IMG/VR virus record: IMGVR_UViG_3300018914_000001
Coordinates: 32,001 to 96,000 of that record
Source: a virus
Taxonomy: Duplodnaviria > Caudoviricetes
DNA: 64,000 bases
Strand: one strand, 5' to 3'
Shown here: piece after piece, positions 1-7,129 of the stretch
How the letters are laid out: every line of letters begins with the position of its first letter
How positions within the stretch are numbered: the first letter of the stretch is position 1
Made by a program: the position numbers and the translations under genes
Notes under the pieces: model-generated
Database searches by the model: none
What the model saw: the letters and a program-made list of their open reading frames with translations, nothing else
Told to the model about the DNA's origin: nothing

Positions 1-347
1 GCGTAGATGTCATCCCAACGTCCATACTCTTCGAACAGGTGGAGATTCTTTTTGAGAACGTCAGCGTAAGGCTGATTCATTCCCATATATCGAACGATCA
101 CGCGGAACAGTCTGCGTTCACCTTGACCACCACGAATGTCGCGGAAGTAGAAGAGTGCCTTCAGTGCCAGTAGTGCATCTTCAGAGAATGCTTTTGTGAA
201 AGCTCTGATGATGGATTGCTCGTCACGTTGACGCATTGCACCGCCAGTAGCAAAGAAGTCCAGTACATCACTCTTTGTAGTACGATGAGCGAGAGCGCCA
301 TTCTCAGTGTGCGCGAAGTTAGTTGCATTTTTCAGGTGTTCCAACAT
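1..347 (-). CDS. DUF2828 family protein (TROVE/Ro60-like, vWA-associated), runs off window edge
   Basis: Hand translation MLEHLKNATNFAHTENGALAHRTTKSDVLDFFATGG...FYFRDIRGGQGERRLFR...EYGRWDD; TENG/LDFF/RDxRGGxGER/YGxWxD motifs; RBS GGAG upstream. Confidence 0.8.
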   Translation of the reverse strand, partial: MLEHLKNATNFAHTENGALAHRTTKSDVLDFFATGGAMRQRDEQSIIRAFTKAFSEDALLALKALFYFRDIRGGQGERRLFRVIVRYMGMNQPYADVLKKNLHLFEEYGRWDDIY

Positions 348-383
348 TAAAATCATCTCCTTGTTTTCTAATTGGAATCCTGC

Positions 384-455
384 TAGACGCTTTGCACATT
401 TGTCGTTGTGCGAAAAGAGATTTTTGGAGACAATGTGTACTGCTGTAAGCGTCTA
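384..455 (-). ncRNA. ACAGCA-bulged stem RNA, copy 1
   Basis: TAGACGCTT-ACAGCAG...AAGCGTCTA terminal stem. Confidence 0.6.
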
Positions 456-479
456 ATCAAGATTTATAAAACTTTATAC

Positions 480-569
480 TAGGCACAATTCTTGGGGAAT
501 TGAACCCCTGAATTTCCTTGGAAGGGAAATTTGCATCCACGCAGTAGTTGTGTTTGCTGTATGTGCCTA
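480..569 (-). ncRNA. ACAGCAA-bulged stem RNA, copy 2 (Gly-UCC anticodon-like arm plus T-arm)
   Basis: TAGGCACAT-ACAGCAA...TTTCC-CTTCCAA-GGAAA...GGGG-TTCAATT-CCCC...TGTGCCTA. Confidence 0.7.
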
Positions 570-573
570 TTTT

Positions 574-648
574 TGGCGAGTATGCAATGGAGTTCAACCA
601 TTGTGCCTGTGGTTACGCGACCAAGGACAGGCTTAATCTTTCACACTC
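574..648 (-). ncRNA. tRNA-like RNA lacking a D-arm, encoded CCA end
   Basis: Acceptor GAGTGTG/CATACTC+G+CCA; T-like arm CAATGG-TTGAACT-CCATTG; one long central stem. Confidence 0.6.
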
Positions 649-650
649 AT

Positions 651-680
651 AGGACGCGCATGAGAGAGTCGAACTCTCAA
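651..680 (-). pseudogene. tRNA 3' half remnant
   Basis: T-arm GAGAG-TTCGACT-CTCTC followed by ATGCGCGTCCT, with no matching 5' half. Confidence 0.45.
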
Positions 681-689
681 CAGTGATAT

Positions 690-764
690 TGGTGCGGGAG
701 ACAGGACTCGAACCTGCATAGGCTAGCTCCCAAGGCTAGTGGTCAACCTTTGACCCACTCCCAC
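690..764 (-). tRNA. tRNA-Pro(TGG)
   Basis: Cloverleaf; anticodon arm CTAGC-CTTGGGA-GCTAG; CCA end. Confidence 0.85.
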
Positions 765-996
765 ATAAAATCTGTGCGGGCTGTTCTTTGGCGACAACCC
801 GCCTTTACCACATGTATACTTTAGCCAATGGTCATGACTTCCGCTATCGCATACAGTACAATCTAGTGCGTCAGATTGTTTACGGAAAGGTTTTTCAATC
901 AACTAGTATCGCGGAAACCTTCGAACCTATGCCCTCATCCCCTTTGGCACGTGTGGCTCTCCCCGCAAAACCATGAGAGCTTTCCCATCTCACTAC

Positions 997-1119
997 CTAA
1001 CAGTCGCCACCGCCACTGTCACAGCTTCCATTGTCAGAGCCGCCATCATCGCCGCCCCAATCACCTCCACCGCCACCAGTTGGGCGCGGTCTACGCTTTG
1101 TGTTGTTGAATCGTTCCAT
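997..1119 (-). CDS. 40-aa Gly/Asp-rich peptide
   Basis: GGAGG RBS; MERFNNTKRRPRPTGGGGGDWGGDDGGSDNGSCDSGGGDC. Confidence 0.55.
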   Translation of the reverse strand: MERFNNTKRRPRPTGGGGGDWGGDDGGSDNGSCDSGGGDC

Positions 1120-1154
1120 TGTACAACGCCTCCAAATATTTGTTAGGTATTACT

Positions 1155-1229
1155 TGGCACACCCTGCTGGAGTCGAACCAACGTCTCAGGATTCGTAGTC
1201 CTGCGCTCTATCCATTGAGCTAAGGATGT
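1155..1229 (-). tRNA. tRNA-Arg(ACG)
   Basis: Canonical cloverleaf; CAGGA-CTACGAA-TCCTG; CCA. Confidence 0.93.
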
Positions 1230-1273
1230 ATAAGGTGGAAGCTCAAAGCTACGACTTCCACCAAAGCTTTGAT

Positions 1274-1365
1274 GATGAGGATTGAGAGGACTCGAACCTC
1301 CACGAAGCCGCTAAGCCTCACACCCGCCACATGGATGCGCGTCTGCCAATTTCGCCACATTCCTC
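1274..1365 (-). tRNA. Atypical tRNA with GTG (His) anticodon, Leu-like D-arm and long variable arm
   Basis: GAGGAATG/CAATCCTC acceptor (G-1:C73-like); CATCC-ATGTGGC-GGGTG; variable arm GAGGC..GCTTC; T-loop TTCGAGT; no encoded CCA. Confidence 0.6.
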
Positions 1366-1367
1366 AT

Positions 1368-1449
1368 AGGCTCAGGGGGTTGGATTCGAACCAACGAACA
1401 GCGAGTCGCGACACTCACACTGGCATCTGCCGCTTAATGCTACCCCTGA
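1368..1449 (-). tRNA. tRNA-like gene, anticodon undetermined (extended, bulged anticodon arm)
   Basis: Acceptor TCAGGGG/CCCCTGA; D-stem GCAT/ATGC; T-arm GTTGG-TTCGAAT-CCAAC. Confidence 0.6.
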
Positions 1450-1460
1450 ATAGATAATAA

Positions 1461-1790
1461 TTGCTGACTATTCAGCCACGCAGTAACCCATAGGTCAATC
1501 ATACCAAGCACCCATAGACTGTTAATCGTGGATTTAATCGAACTTTCGAAACCTCAGTCCTAAGCTTTGACTCGCCCTATCATTTGGGCATTCAAGAAGA
1601 ATTTTGAGTCTTCAGCTTTAACCACTTGAACTTTGAGATTTGAGCTTTCATCAGCATTTGTAGAATTTCATCAAATATGATGTAACCTCAATATCTTTTT
1701 CCTGAATAAAGGAAACCAAGTAGTTAGATACTATTTTAACGTAAATAGTGGACGAGTATTGAGTTTATGAGTGTTTCGAATAGCCAGCAA
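1461..1790 (-). ncRNA. Putative ~330-nt structured RNA with 7-nt AARNYTC tandem repeats
   Basis: Terminal 13-bp stem TTGCTGGCTATTC/GAATAGTCAGCAA; repeat run at 1599-1648; no ORF. Confidence 0.55.
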
Positions 1791-1821
1791 TCAGTTTATG
1801 TAACCCTGACTAGTAAACTAC

Positions 1822-2445
1822 CTAGTCAGGAATCACAATTTTGGTGATCGTGTTGCTTTCAGACAGAGTAAAATCAACTTCGTTCAAGAACTCAGCGATT
1901 TCCTTCTCCATCTTCTCAATCTTCTCACGAAGATTGTTGACAGAAACGAGCTTCGCTTGGTTCTGCTCCAAGAAGGGCTTGGACGTAGACTCGTATTGCT
2001 CTGTCGAGACTTTGGTGTCCTTGCCGAACGTGGACTTAATCAGTTCGTCAAGACGAATCTGAACTTGCTCATTCTCACGTTCAACTCTTGCAACAGCTTG
2101 GTTATACTCAGTGCGAAGCTTGCTCAGCAAGGTCTGCTCATAGACAATCGAAGACTTGCGCTCGATTGCTTCTGCAACAGACATCTCTTTGCCGCCAATC
2201 GTAACCATCGTTACAGCGTTAGACGCTACGATGGCAGACTTGATAGCCTTACGGCGTTCCATCAAGTCAAGGATAGATTGCAAGTGAGATTCTTGCTTCT
2301 TCACGAACTCATCGTTCGAGGTGTAGCCAGTAACCACTTTCTTGCCAGTGGTCATTACAGCGAACTTTCCGCTGTGAATCGTGCTGTTGATACGCGAGTC
2401 AAGCAATTTCAACTCTGCAAGACCGCGAGTTACAGAAATATCCAT
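1822..2445 (-). CDS. Coiled-coil protein, DIP1984/DUF6847-like
   Basis: ISVTRGLAELKLL...SNAVTMV.IGGKEMSVAEAIERK...VDFTLSESNTITKI pattern; family recalled from memory. Confidence 0.6.
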   Translation of the reverse strand: MDISVTRGLAELKLLDSRINSTIHSGKFAVMTTGKKVVTGYTSNDEFVKKQESHLQSILDLMERRKAIKSAIVASNAVTMVTIGGKEMSVAEAIERKSSIVYEQTLLSKLRTEYNQAVARVERENEQVQIRLDELIKSTFGKDTKVSTEQYESTSKPFLEQNQAKLVSVNNLREKIEKMEKEIAEFLNEVDFTLSESNTITKIVIPD

Positions 2446-2482
2446 GTGGATGATTCCACCTTTCGTTTGAATTTTGAATATA

Positions 2483-2573
2483 TGGCGGCGGGTGAGGGGA
2501 TCGAACCCCCGCTACAGTTCTCCTGTAGTCACCTGTTTTCAAGACAGGAGCATTACCACTCTGCCAACCCGCC
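2483..2573 (-). tRNA. tRNA-Ser(TGA)
   Basis: CCTGT-CTTGAAA-ACAGG; long variable arm; G73; CCA. Confidence 0.92.
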
Positions 2574-2580
2574 ATATTGT

Positions 2581-2972
2581 TGTGAGCCAGCCAGCACGAT
2601 CCGTTACTAGCCAACCCACAACCGAATTGTGTTAGCCCCACCATCTACATCATCACTCGCTCTCGCGAATCTTTGCGTACTGCCACTTGTAGGAGCTACC
2701 TACTTCGCCGTACTGCTATGCCAAAGGGATGATGCCCACGCTAACACTCACGCACTGAGTAGGATTTTATTTGCAGTGTGTGACCTCGCCTGATTAGCCT
2801 TGCGACTCATCCCTACTGACTATCGCAATGTTACACTAACGCATTTTCAGGCTACAACTTGCATGAGATTTCGGACACTCCGACCACTCAATGTTGACGT
2901 GACATAACACAATCATCAAAGTCTCACTGAGAAGACTTGTATCATTAGGCAATTGCCTGTGTGATACTCACA
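2581..2972 (-). ncRNA. Putative ~390-nt large structured ncRNA (ROOL/GOLLD-class candidate)
   Basis: Ends pair (TGTGAG/CTCACA); multiple hairpins; loop-loop complement GTAGGGAT/ATCCTAC; lies within the tRNA cluster; no credible ORF. Confidence 0.55.
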
Positions 2973-2980
2973 AAATTTGC

Positions 2981-3035
2981 TAGGCGCATTCATTCCTCTA
3001 TGCACGAAGTTTGGTTTGATTGCTGTTAGCGCCTA
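2981..3035 (-). ncRNA. ACAGCAA-bulged stem RNA, copy 3
   Basis: TAGGCGCTA-ACAGCAAT...ATGCGCCTA. Confidence 0.65.
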
Positions 3036-3043
3036 TGACTGGG

Positions 3044-3343
3044 TTACTTACCCCAAATTCTTGTGATGATTTTATGACCTTTTTCGTCACGTTTGAACCA
3101 GTCAGGTTTGTGCATTAATGGCGGTTTCTGGCGAAAGTTCACCAGAAGATGAACGTCTGCTTTGTCGCCAGTGACTTTGAAGCCCTCAGACTTCAATTTT
3201 GCCACCCAATCAGCGGCATTGTCTTCCGCTTCAGAGCGTGTTGCACCAGCATCTTGCAGAATAACATCTTTTTCAGTCACTTCAATAGTGTCGCCAATCT
3301 TATTACGCTTGGTGACATGTGCAGTTGCGTAAAACTTATTCAT
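3044..3343 (-). CDS. hypothetical protein
   Basis: ORF with AAGGAGTG RBS. Confidence 0.75.
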   Translation of the reverse strand: MNKFYATAHVTKRNKIGDTIEVTEKDVILQDAGATRSEAEDNAADWVAKLKSEGFKVTGDKADVHLLVNFRQKPPLMHKPDWFKRDEKGHKIITRIWGK

Positions 3344-3380
3344 ATAATACACTCCTTTAGGGGTGAATTTTCGAGATCAC

Positions 3381-3448
3381 AAGACGCTGTTTGCTTGGGT
3401 GCAAAATTAAAAGTTTTGTCCAATAGTTGTAGTTGCTGTAAGCGTCCT
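3381..3448 (-). ncRNA. ACAGCAA-bulged stem RNA, copy 4 (Lys-UUU anticodon-like arm)
   Basis: AGGACGCTT-ACAGCAA...CAAAA-CTTTTAA-TTTTG...AGCGTCTT. Confidence 0.7.
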
Positions 3449-3453
3449 TTGCT

Positions 3454-3541
3454 TGGCGGGTAGAACAGGATTCGAACCTGTGGGGCTGTGACACCCACCA
3501 GCTTTCCAAGCTGGCTCTTTAAACCACTCAGACATCTACCC
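3454..3541 (-). tRNA. tRNA-Ser(GGA)
   Basis: CCAGC-TTGGAAA-GCTGG; variable arm; CCA. Confidence 0.93.
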
Positions 3542-3548
3542 ATTTCAA

Positions 3549-3641
3549 TGGCGGATGGAGAGGGATTCGAACCCTCGCGGCAACTCATCGTCACCCTAGC
3601 TGGTTAGCAACCAGCCCTCTTCACCACTTGAGTACCCATCC
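3549..3641 (-). tRNA. tRNA-Ser(GCT)
   Basis: GCTGG-TTGCTAA-CCAGC; variable arm; CCA. Confidence 0.93.
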
Positions 3642-3646
3642 ATCAC

Positions 3647-3702
3647 TAGGCACTATCACATGTTCGATTAAAAGTCGAGTGTGTAATTGCTGTTAGTGCC
3701 TA
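3647..3702 (-). ncRNA. ACAGCAA-bulged stem RNA, copy 5 (Lys-UUU anticodon-like arm)
   Basis: TAGGCACTA-ACAGCAAT...TCGA-CTTTTAA-TCGA...TAGTGCCTA. Confidence 0.7.
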
Positions 3703-3709
3703 TATAGTT

Positions 3710-4162
3710 TTAGGTCACATGTGACCATAATTTGTATCTTCGTATTGCTGATATAGTTGAATGATGAACCCCATATTTTAATGCCAAGGAAGTATTCGTA
3801 CTTACCTTATCACTTCTGATTGCTCGAACGTCATCCTCTGTTAGTGTAGATTGAGGATTCTTGTTACCTTTCGTTGAACGATCACGTTCAACCATATCAT
3901 GCATATTTTGAACATGTGTTCCTAGTTCAAGATGTTCAGGATTAATGCACATTGGGTTGTCACATTTATGACGAACTAACATGTTATCAGGTATTTCACC
4001 AAAACATTGTTCGTAAATATGCCTGTGCATATAAGTTTTAATACGTATGCCTTTAATCATCTGTTGATGTAAGATATAGCCATCTTTCTTACGCGAGGCA
4101 TGAGATGTACAGATAAAGCAGTTATTCTCATCAATAACGAACTCTACTGGCTTTCTACTCAT
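3710..4162 (-). CDS. HNH homing endonuclease
   Basis: MHRHIYE...VRHKCDNPMCINPEHLELGTHVQN; C-terminal HTH; GGAGG RBS before MSRKP. Confidence 0.9.
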   Translation of the reverse strand: MSRKPVEFVIDENNCFICTSHASRKKDGYILHQQMIKGIRIKTYMHRHIYEQCFGEIPDNMLVRHKCDNPMCINPEHLELGTHVQNMHDMVERDRSTKGNKNPQSTLTEDDVRAIRSDKVSTNTSLALKYGVHHSTISAIRRYKLWSHVT

Positions 4163-4187
4163 CTCATTCACCTCCTTTGAAAATCTG

Positions 4188-4264
4188 TGGAGGCGCATGG
4201 GGGAATCGAACCCTCCGAATCGTAGATTGAAAGTCTACTGTGTTATCCACTTCACCAATGCGCC
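4188..4264 (-). tRNA. tRNA-Glu(TTC)
   Basis: GTAGA-CTTTCAA-TCTAC; cloverleaf; CCA. Confidence 0.9.
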
Positions 4265-4272
4265 ATACTTCG

Positions 4273-4346
4273 TGGAGACAGGAATGGGATTCGAACCCAC
4301 TAACCTTAGAGTTGCAATCCAAGTCCAGTCCAAACTGGCTCCTGCC
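4273..4346 (-). tRNA. tRNA-Cys(GCA)
   Basis: Loop TTGCAAC; U73 discriminator; CCA; slightly atypical D region. Confidence 0.82.
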
Positions 4347-4351
4347 ATGAT

Positions 4352-4411
4352 TGGGGAGAGGATGCGGATTTGCACCGCTCCTAGGATACTAGCTCGAAAG
4401 CCATCCTCTCC
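4352..4411 (-). ncRNA. 60-nt mini tRNA-like RNA with CCA
   Basis: 9-bp stem GGAGAGGAT/ATCCTCTCC+CCA; T-like arm GCGG-TGCAAAT-CCGC. Confidence 0.55.
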
Positions 4412-4418
4412 ATGATAC

Positions 4419-4484
4419 TAGGCGCAATCACTTGGTTCACAGATTGTTAGTCCGTTATATAGCGAGAATTGCTGTTTGCGCCTA
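4419..4484 (-). ncRNA. ACAGCAA-bulged stem RNA, copy 6 (CU-AAC-AA loop)
   Basis: TAGGCGCAA-ACAGCAAT...ACGGA-CTAACAA-TCTGT...TTGCGCCTA. Confidence 0.68.
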
Positions 4485-4498
4485 CAATAATCAGAGGA

Positions 4499-4684
4499 TT
4501 AATCTAAATCATTGCTGATAACGTTTATCTTGTCGTAACCAATTGTAAAGCGTTTAAACCTTAATGTCAACTTCTTTGAGTCTTTCCAATTACCACAAGA
4601 GGTACAATAAGCAACTCTGCCATGTTCTACGTTAGTGAAATTGTCTTCACTTCCGCATTCGCAGACAACTATCAACTTTATCAT
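4499..4684 (-). CDS. small Zn-ribbon protein
   Basis: CECG...CTSC motifs. Confidence 0.6.
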   Translation of the reverse strand: MIKLIVVCECGSEDNFTNVEHGRVAYCTSCGNWKDSKKLTLRFKRFTIGYDKINVISNDLD

Positions 4685-4727
4685 GGCATTATCGCCCCTT
4701 TCATTACCCGAAGTAGTGACATTTACT

Positions 4728-4756
4728 ATCTTACCACATTGCCGCCAACCTGTCAA
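4728..4756 (-). promoter_or_regulatory. sigma-A promoter reading into the tRNA cluster
   Basis: TTGACA-17-TAAGAT with extended -10 TG. Confidence 0.7.
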
Positions 4757-5041
4757 CATCTTTTTTGTCAGAGTATCGGGCTTGCAATAAGTAAAGGATT
4801 TTGTGAGTCGTTTGAGGAGATGCGCGACTCCTCCTCAAACTCAAAGCTCTCATCTCTGTGCAAAAGCAAAGTGCATTCAATCTCCATCTTATGAAGAGTG
4901 TAGGGGCACTATTCAGAAAGCAAGTGGAGATTGATTTGAAGGATGCCCTTGGCTCATCCTTACATTCACTATGTTATCATACCATTGCGCTAGTGTCAAC
5001 AACAAATTTTGGAGTCTTTTCGCAAAAGTACGGGAATTTTT

Positions 5042-5119
5042 AAAAAGGTGGCATACCTTTTTGTAGGTATGCCCAATGGAGAGAAGAGGAGATAGATATG
5101 TAGCTCAGTTCCTGCTACT
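5042..5119 (-). ncRNA. Putative ~78-nt sRNA with CU-rich anti-SD tract
   Basis: Promoter TTGACA-17-TATGAT (5125-5153); CTCCTCTTCTCTCC; terminator GGCATACCT/AGGTATGCC+T5. Confidence 0.55.
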
Positions 5120-5149
5120 CTTTTATCATACCATCATCTAATAGAGATG

Positions 5150-5566
5150 TCAACTCTCCTCGTTTCCTTTTTTCTCGTTACATCGGGTACACATAGGCTG
5201 GTAGTTTTCAATTACGTCCAGCCCCCCTTTAGAACGTGGAATAATATGGTCTTTGGTCATTAAAACCTCATTTCCATCTTCATCCAACGCATAGAGGTTA
5301 AAGTGATAATTGCGATCATACTCAGAGTGCTTCTCCTTGGCAAAGAAGGCTCCTTTGATACCGCATGTTACGCAATCGCAACCCTTTTCCTTGAAGACAT
5401 ACAAGCGTTGAGATGACATCTTGATCTCGTCACCATCAAAGTTGTAACGAAGCTTCTCGTAGCGAGTTTTACCATCCACAATAGACTTGACATGTCCACG
5501 TGGACGATCAGGGCAAACAATATGAGGCAATACAGCTTCAAGCGGATAGATGCTTTTGCGAATCAT
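5150..5566 (-). CDS. HNH endonuclease
   Basis: CVTCG...MTKDHIIPRSKGG...NYQPMCTRCNEKKG. Confidence 0.88.
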   Translation of the reverse strand: MIRKSIYPLEAVLPHIVCPDRPRGHVKSIVDGKTRYEKLRYNFDGDEIKMSSQRLYVFKEKGCDCVTCGIKGAFFAKEKHSEYDRNYHFNLYALDEDGNEVLMTKDHIIPRSKGGLDVIENYQPMCTRCNEKKGNEES

Positions 5567-5667
5567 ATAGCCTCCCCCTTTGCTTCATTGCAAGTTTTAC
5601 ACATTGGTGATTCCTCCTAGAAAAAATATATCCCTATCATATAAAATAATAGGGATAATGTCAATAG

Positions 5668-6708
5668 TTATTTTGCACTAGTATCTGCTTCGTGAAGAAA
5701 CATCAGCTTTTGGAACGTTTGCTCTCCTACAAAGTTTTTGAATTTTTCGACTGCTTTTTCTTTCACGTCTTTATATTGCATCAAACGCATATGATATTGA
5801 ACAAGTTCAACAACACGCAATATGGTGTCGATATCATAGCCCCATCTTTGCAGAACAAGAGCCGCAATTTGAGCAGAAACATTCTCATGCCCAATAAAAT
5901 TTGCATAGCGACCATTAAATTCCTTGGTGTAGCCTTTACCTACATCATGGAACAGAGCCGCAAGCATCATCTCTGTTTTGCCCTCAGACATGCCAAAGAC
6001 CTGTTCATAATGCTCATAGGTATAACTCATGGCATGATAGATGTGTCTGGAGACAGAAAAGGCATGGTATTTGCTGTCCTGCGGAAGATTGATACATGGC
6101 TTAAACTCAGGCGCGAGAGTGAGAAGCCAATTAAAGAATTTGTCGTGTTCAATAGCCCCAAATTGAGAAAGAGTAGCATCAACAGCATGACGCCAATCGA
6201 CACGAATTGGGTCTACAAACTTCATAAATTTAATCAAGTCCCACCCCTCAGAATATGTAGGAACTTGCAATCCTTTATACATTTTTCTGATGACTTCTTC
6301 GCCCACAGAACGATCACGAATGCTATCTCTGAAAATACACTTTCCAACAGACGTGTTGAAGTACACAGCGGTAGCCGCAAGGTGATGCTTTGCCATTTCC
6401 TTCAGCAGAGAAGTGCGCCGCTTAGCAGAGGTGTTGGTAGCATCATAAATTACGTTGATGCCTTTCTGAAGGTTTTCTTTAACACGACTATGCAAAAGTT
6501 CAAAGACTTTAGCATGAGATTCGCCTACAGTCTCGCAATTGGGCAGAAGTTGCGTAGCCTCATCTCCTGACAACTCTTTCCGAATATCATCAGAGGAAAG
6601 CCATACAGTATTTTCTTTATTCTCTTGCATGTACCGCTTTGCCCATGTGGTTTTACCAGAAGCAGGAAGACCTACCAAAACGATCAATTCACCTTTATTC
6701 GACATCAT
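5668..6708 (-). CDS. Polynucleotide kinase (AAA_33) fused to HD phosphohydrolase (RNA end-healing)
   Basis: GLPASGKTT P-loop; DATN; H...ALFHDVGK...GHENVSA...HM HD motifs; start placed after GGAG RBS. Confidence 0.85.
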   Translation of the reverse strand: MMSNKGELIVLVGLPASGKTTWAKRYMQENKENTVWLSSDDIRKELSGDEATQLLPNCETVGESHAKVFELLHSRVKENLQKGINVIYDATNTSAKRRTSLLKEMAKHHLAATAVYFNTSVGKCIFRDSIRDRSVGEEVIRKMYKGLQVPTYSEGWDLIKFMKFVDPIRVDWRHAVDATLSQFGAIEHDKFFNWLLTLAPEFKPCINLPQDSKYHAFSVSRHIYHAMSYTYEHYEQVFGMSEGKTEMMLAALFHDVGKGYTKEFNGRYANFIGHENVSAQIAALVLQRWGYDIDTILRVVELVQYHMRLMQYKDVKEKAVEKFKNFVGEQTFQKLMFLHEADTSAK

Positions 6709-7129
6709 CAATCGCTCCTCCGTCATAATGGTAATCAAGGTAATAATAGTAATCGTAACATCCTCTGCATCCATCAGCAAATTCTCCACGTGAAAATGTT
6801 GCTGAAGTTCCATCTGTAAATTTCAGTGTTACAGATTCTGCTTCGATACCGCCAGCGTCAGTAATTTCATCAAGAGCTACATCTTCAATCGTCTTACCCT
6901 TCATCTTCTGAAGTCTTTGAACTATGTAGTCTATCTGCCTCTGACGTTTTTGTTTCTCTTGCTCTTTTTTAACACGTTCTGCTTCTTGCTGTGCTAAGGC
7001 TCTCTCCCTAGATTTTTTAGCAAGCTCCCTTTCATTGCAAGCACCGCATTTGCCAAACCTCTGACTTTCGAATGTTGACATTGCGCTACCGCAATTACAA
7101 AATGATATGCCATTCAAACTACTAATCAC
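6695..7129 (-). CDS. hypothetical protein (Cys-rich N-terminus)
   Basis: ORF overlapping neighbours in operon style. Confidence 0.65.
   Translation of the reverse strand: MISSLNGISFCNCGSAMSTFESQRFGKCGACNERELAKKSRERALAQQEAERVKKEQEKQKRQRQIDYIVQRLQKMKGKTIEDVALDEITDAGGIEAESVTLKFTDGTSATFSRGEFADGCRGCYDYYYYLDYHYDGGAIDDVE

Noticed and set aside
788-1457. Plus-strand ORFs in the tRNA cluster (and minus-strand 2399..2644, 3340..3594)
   Set aside because: They overlap tRNA or structured RNA genes and lack RBSs.
2483-2573. Selenocysteine or suppressor tRNA
   Set aside because: The anticodon is TGA (reads UCA, Ser), not TCA, and the fold is the standard 7/5 with G73.
4976-4999. sigma-A promoter TTGACA..TATGAT
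   Set aside because: The spacer is only 12 bp. It could work as an extended -10 alone, but this cannot be supported from the sequence.
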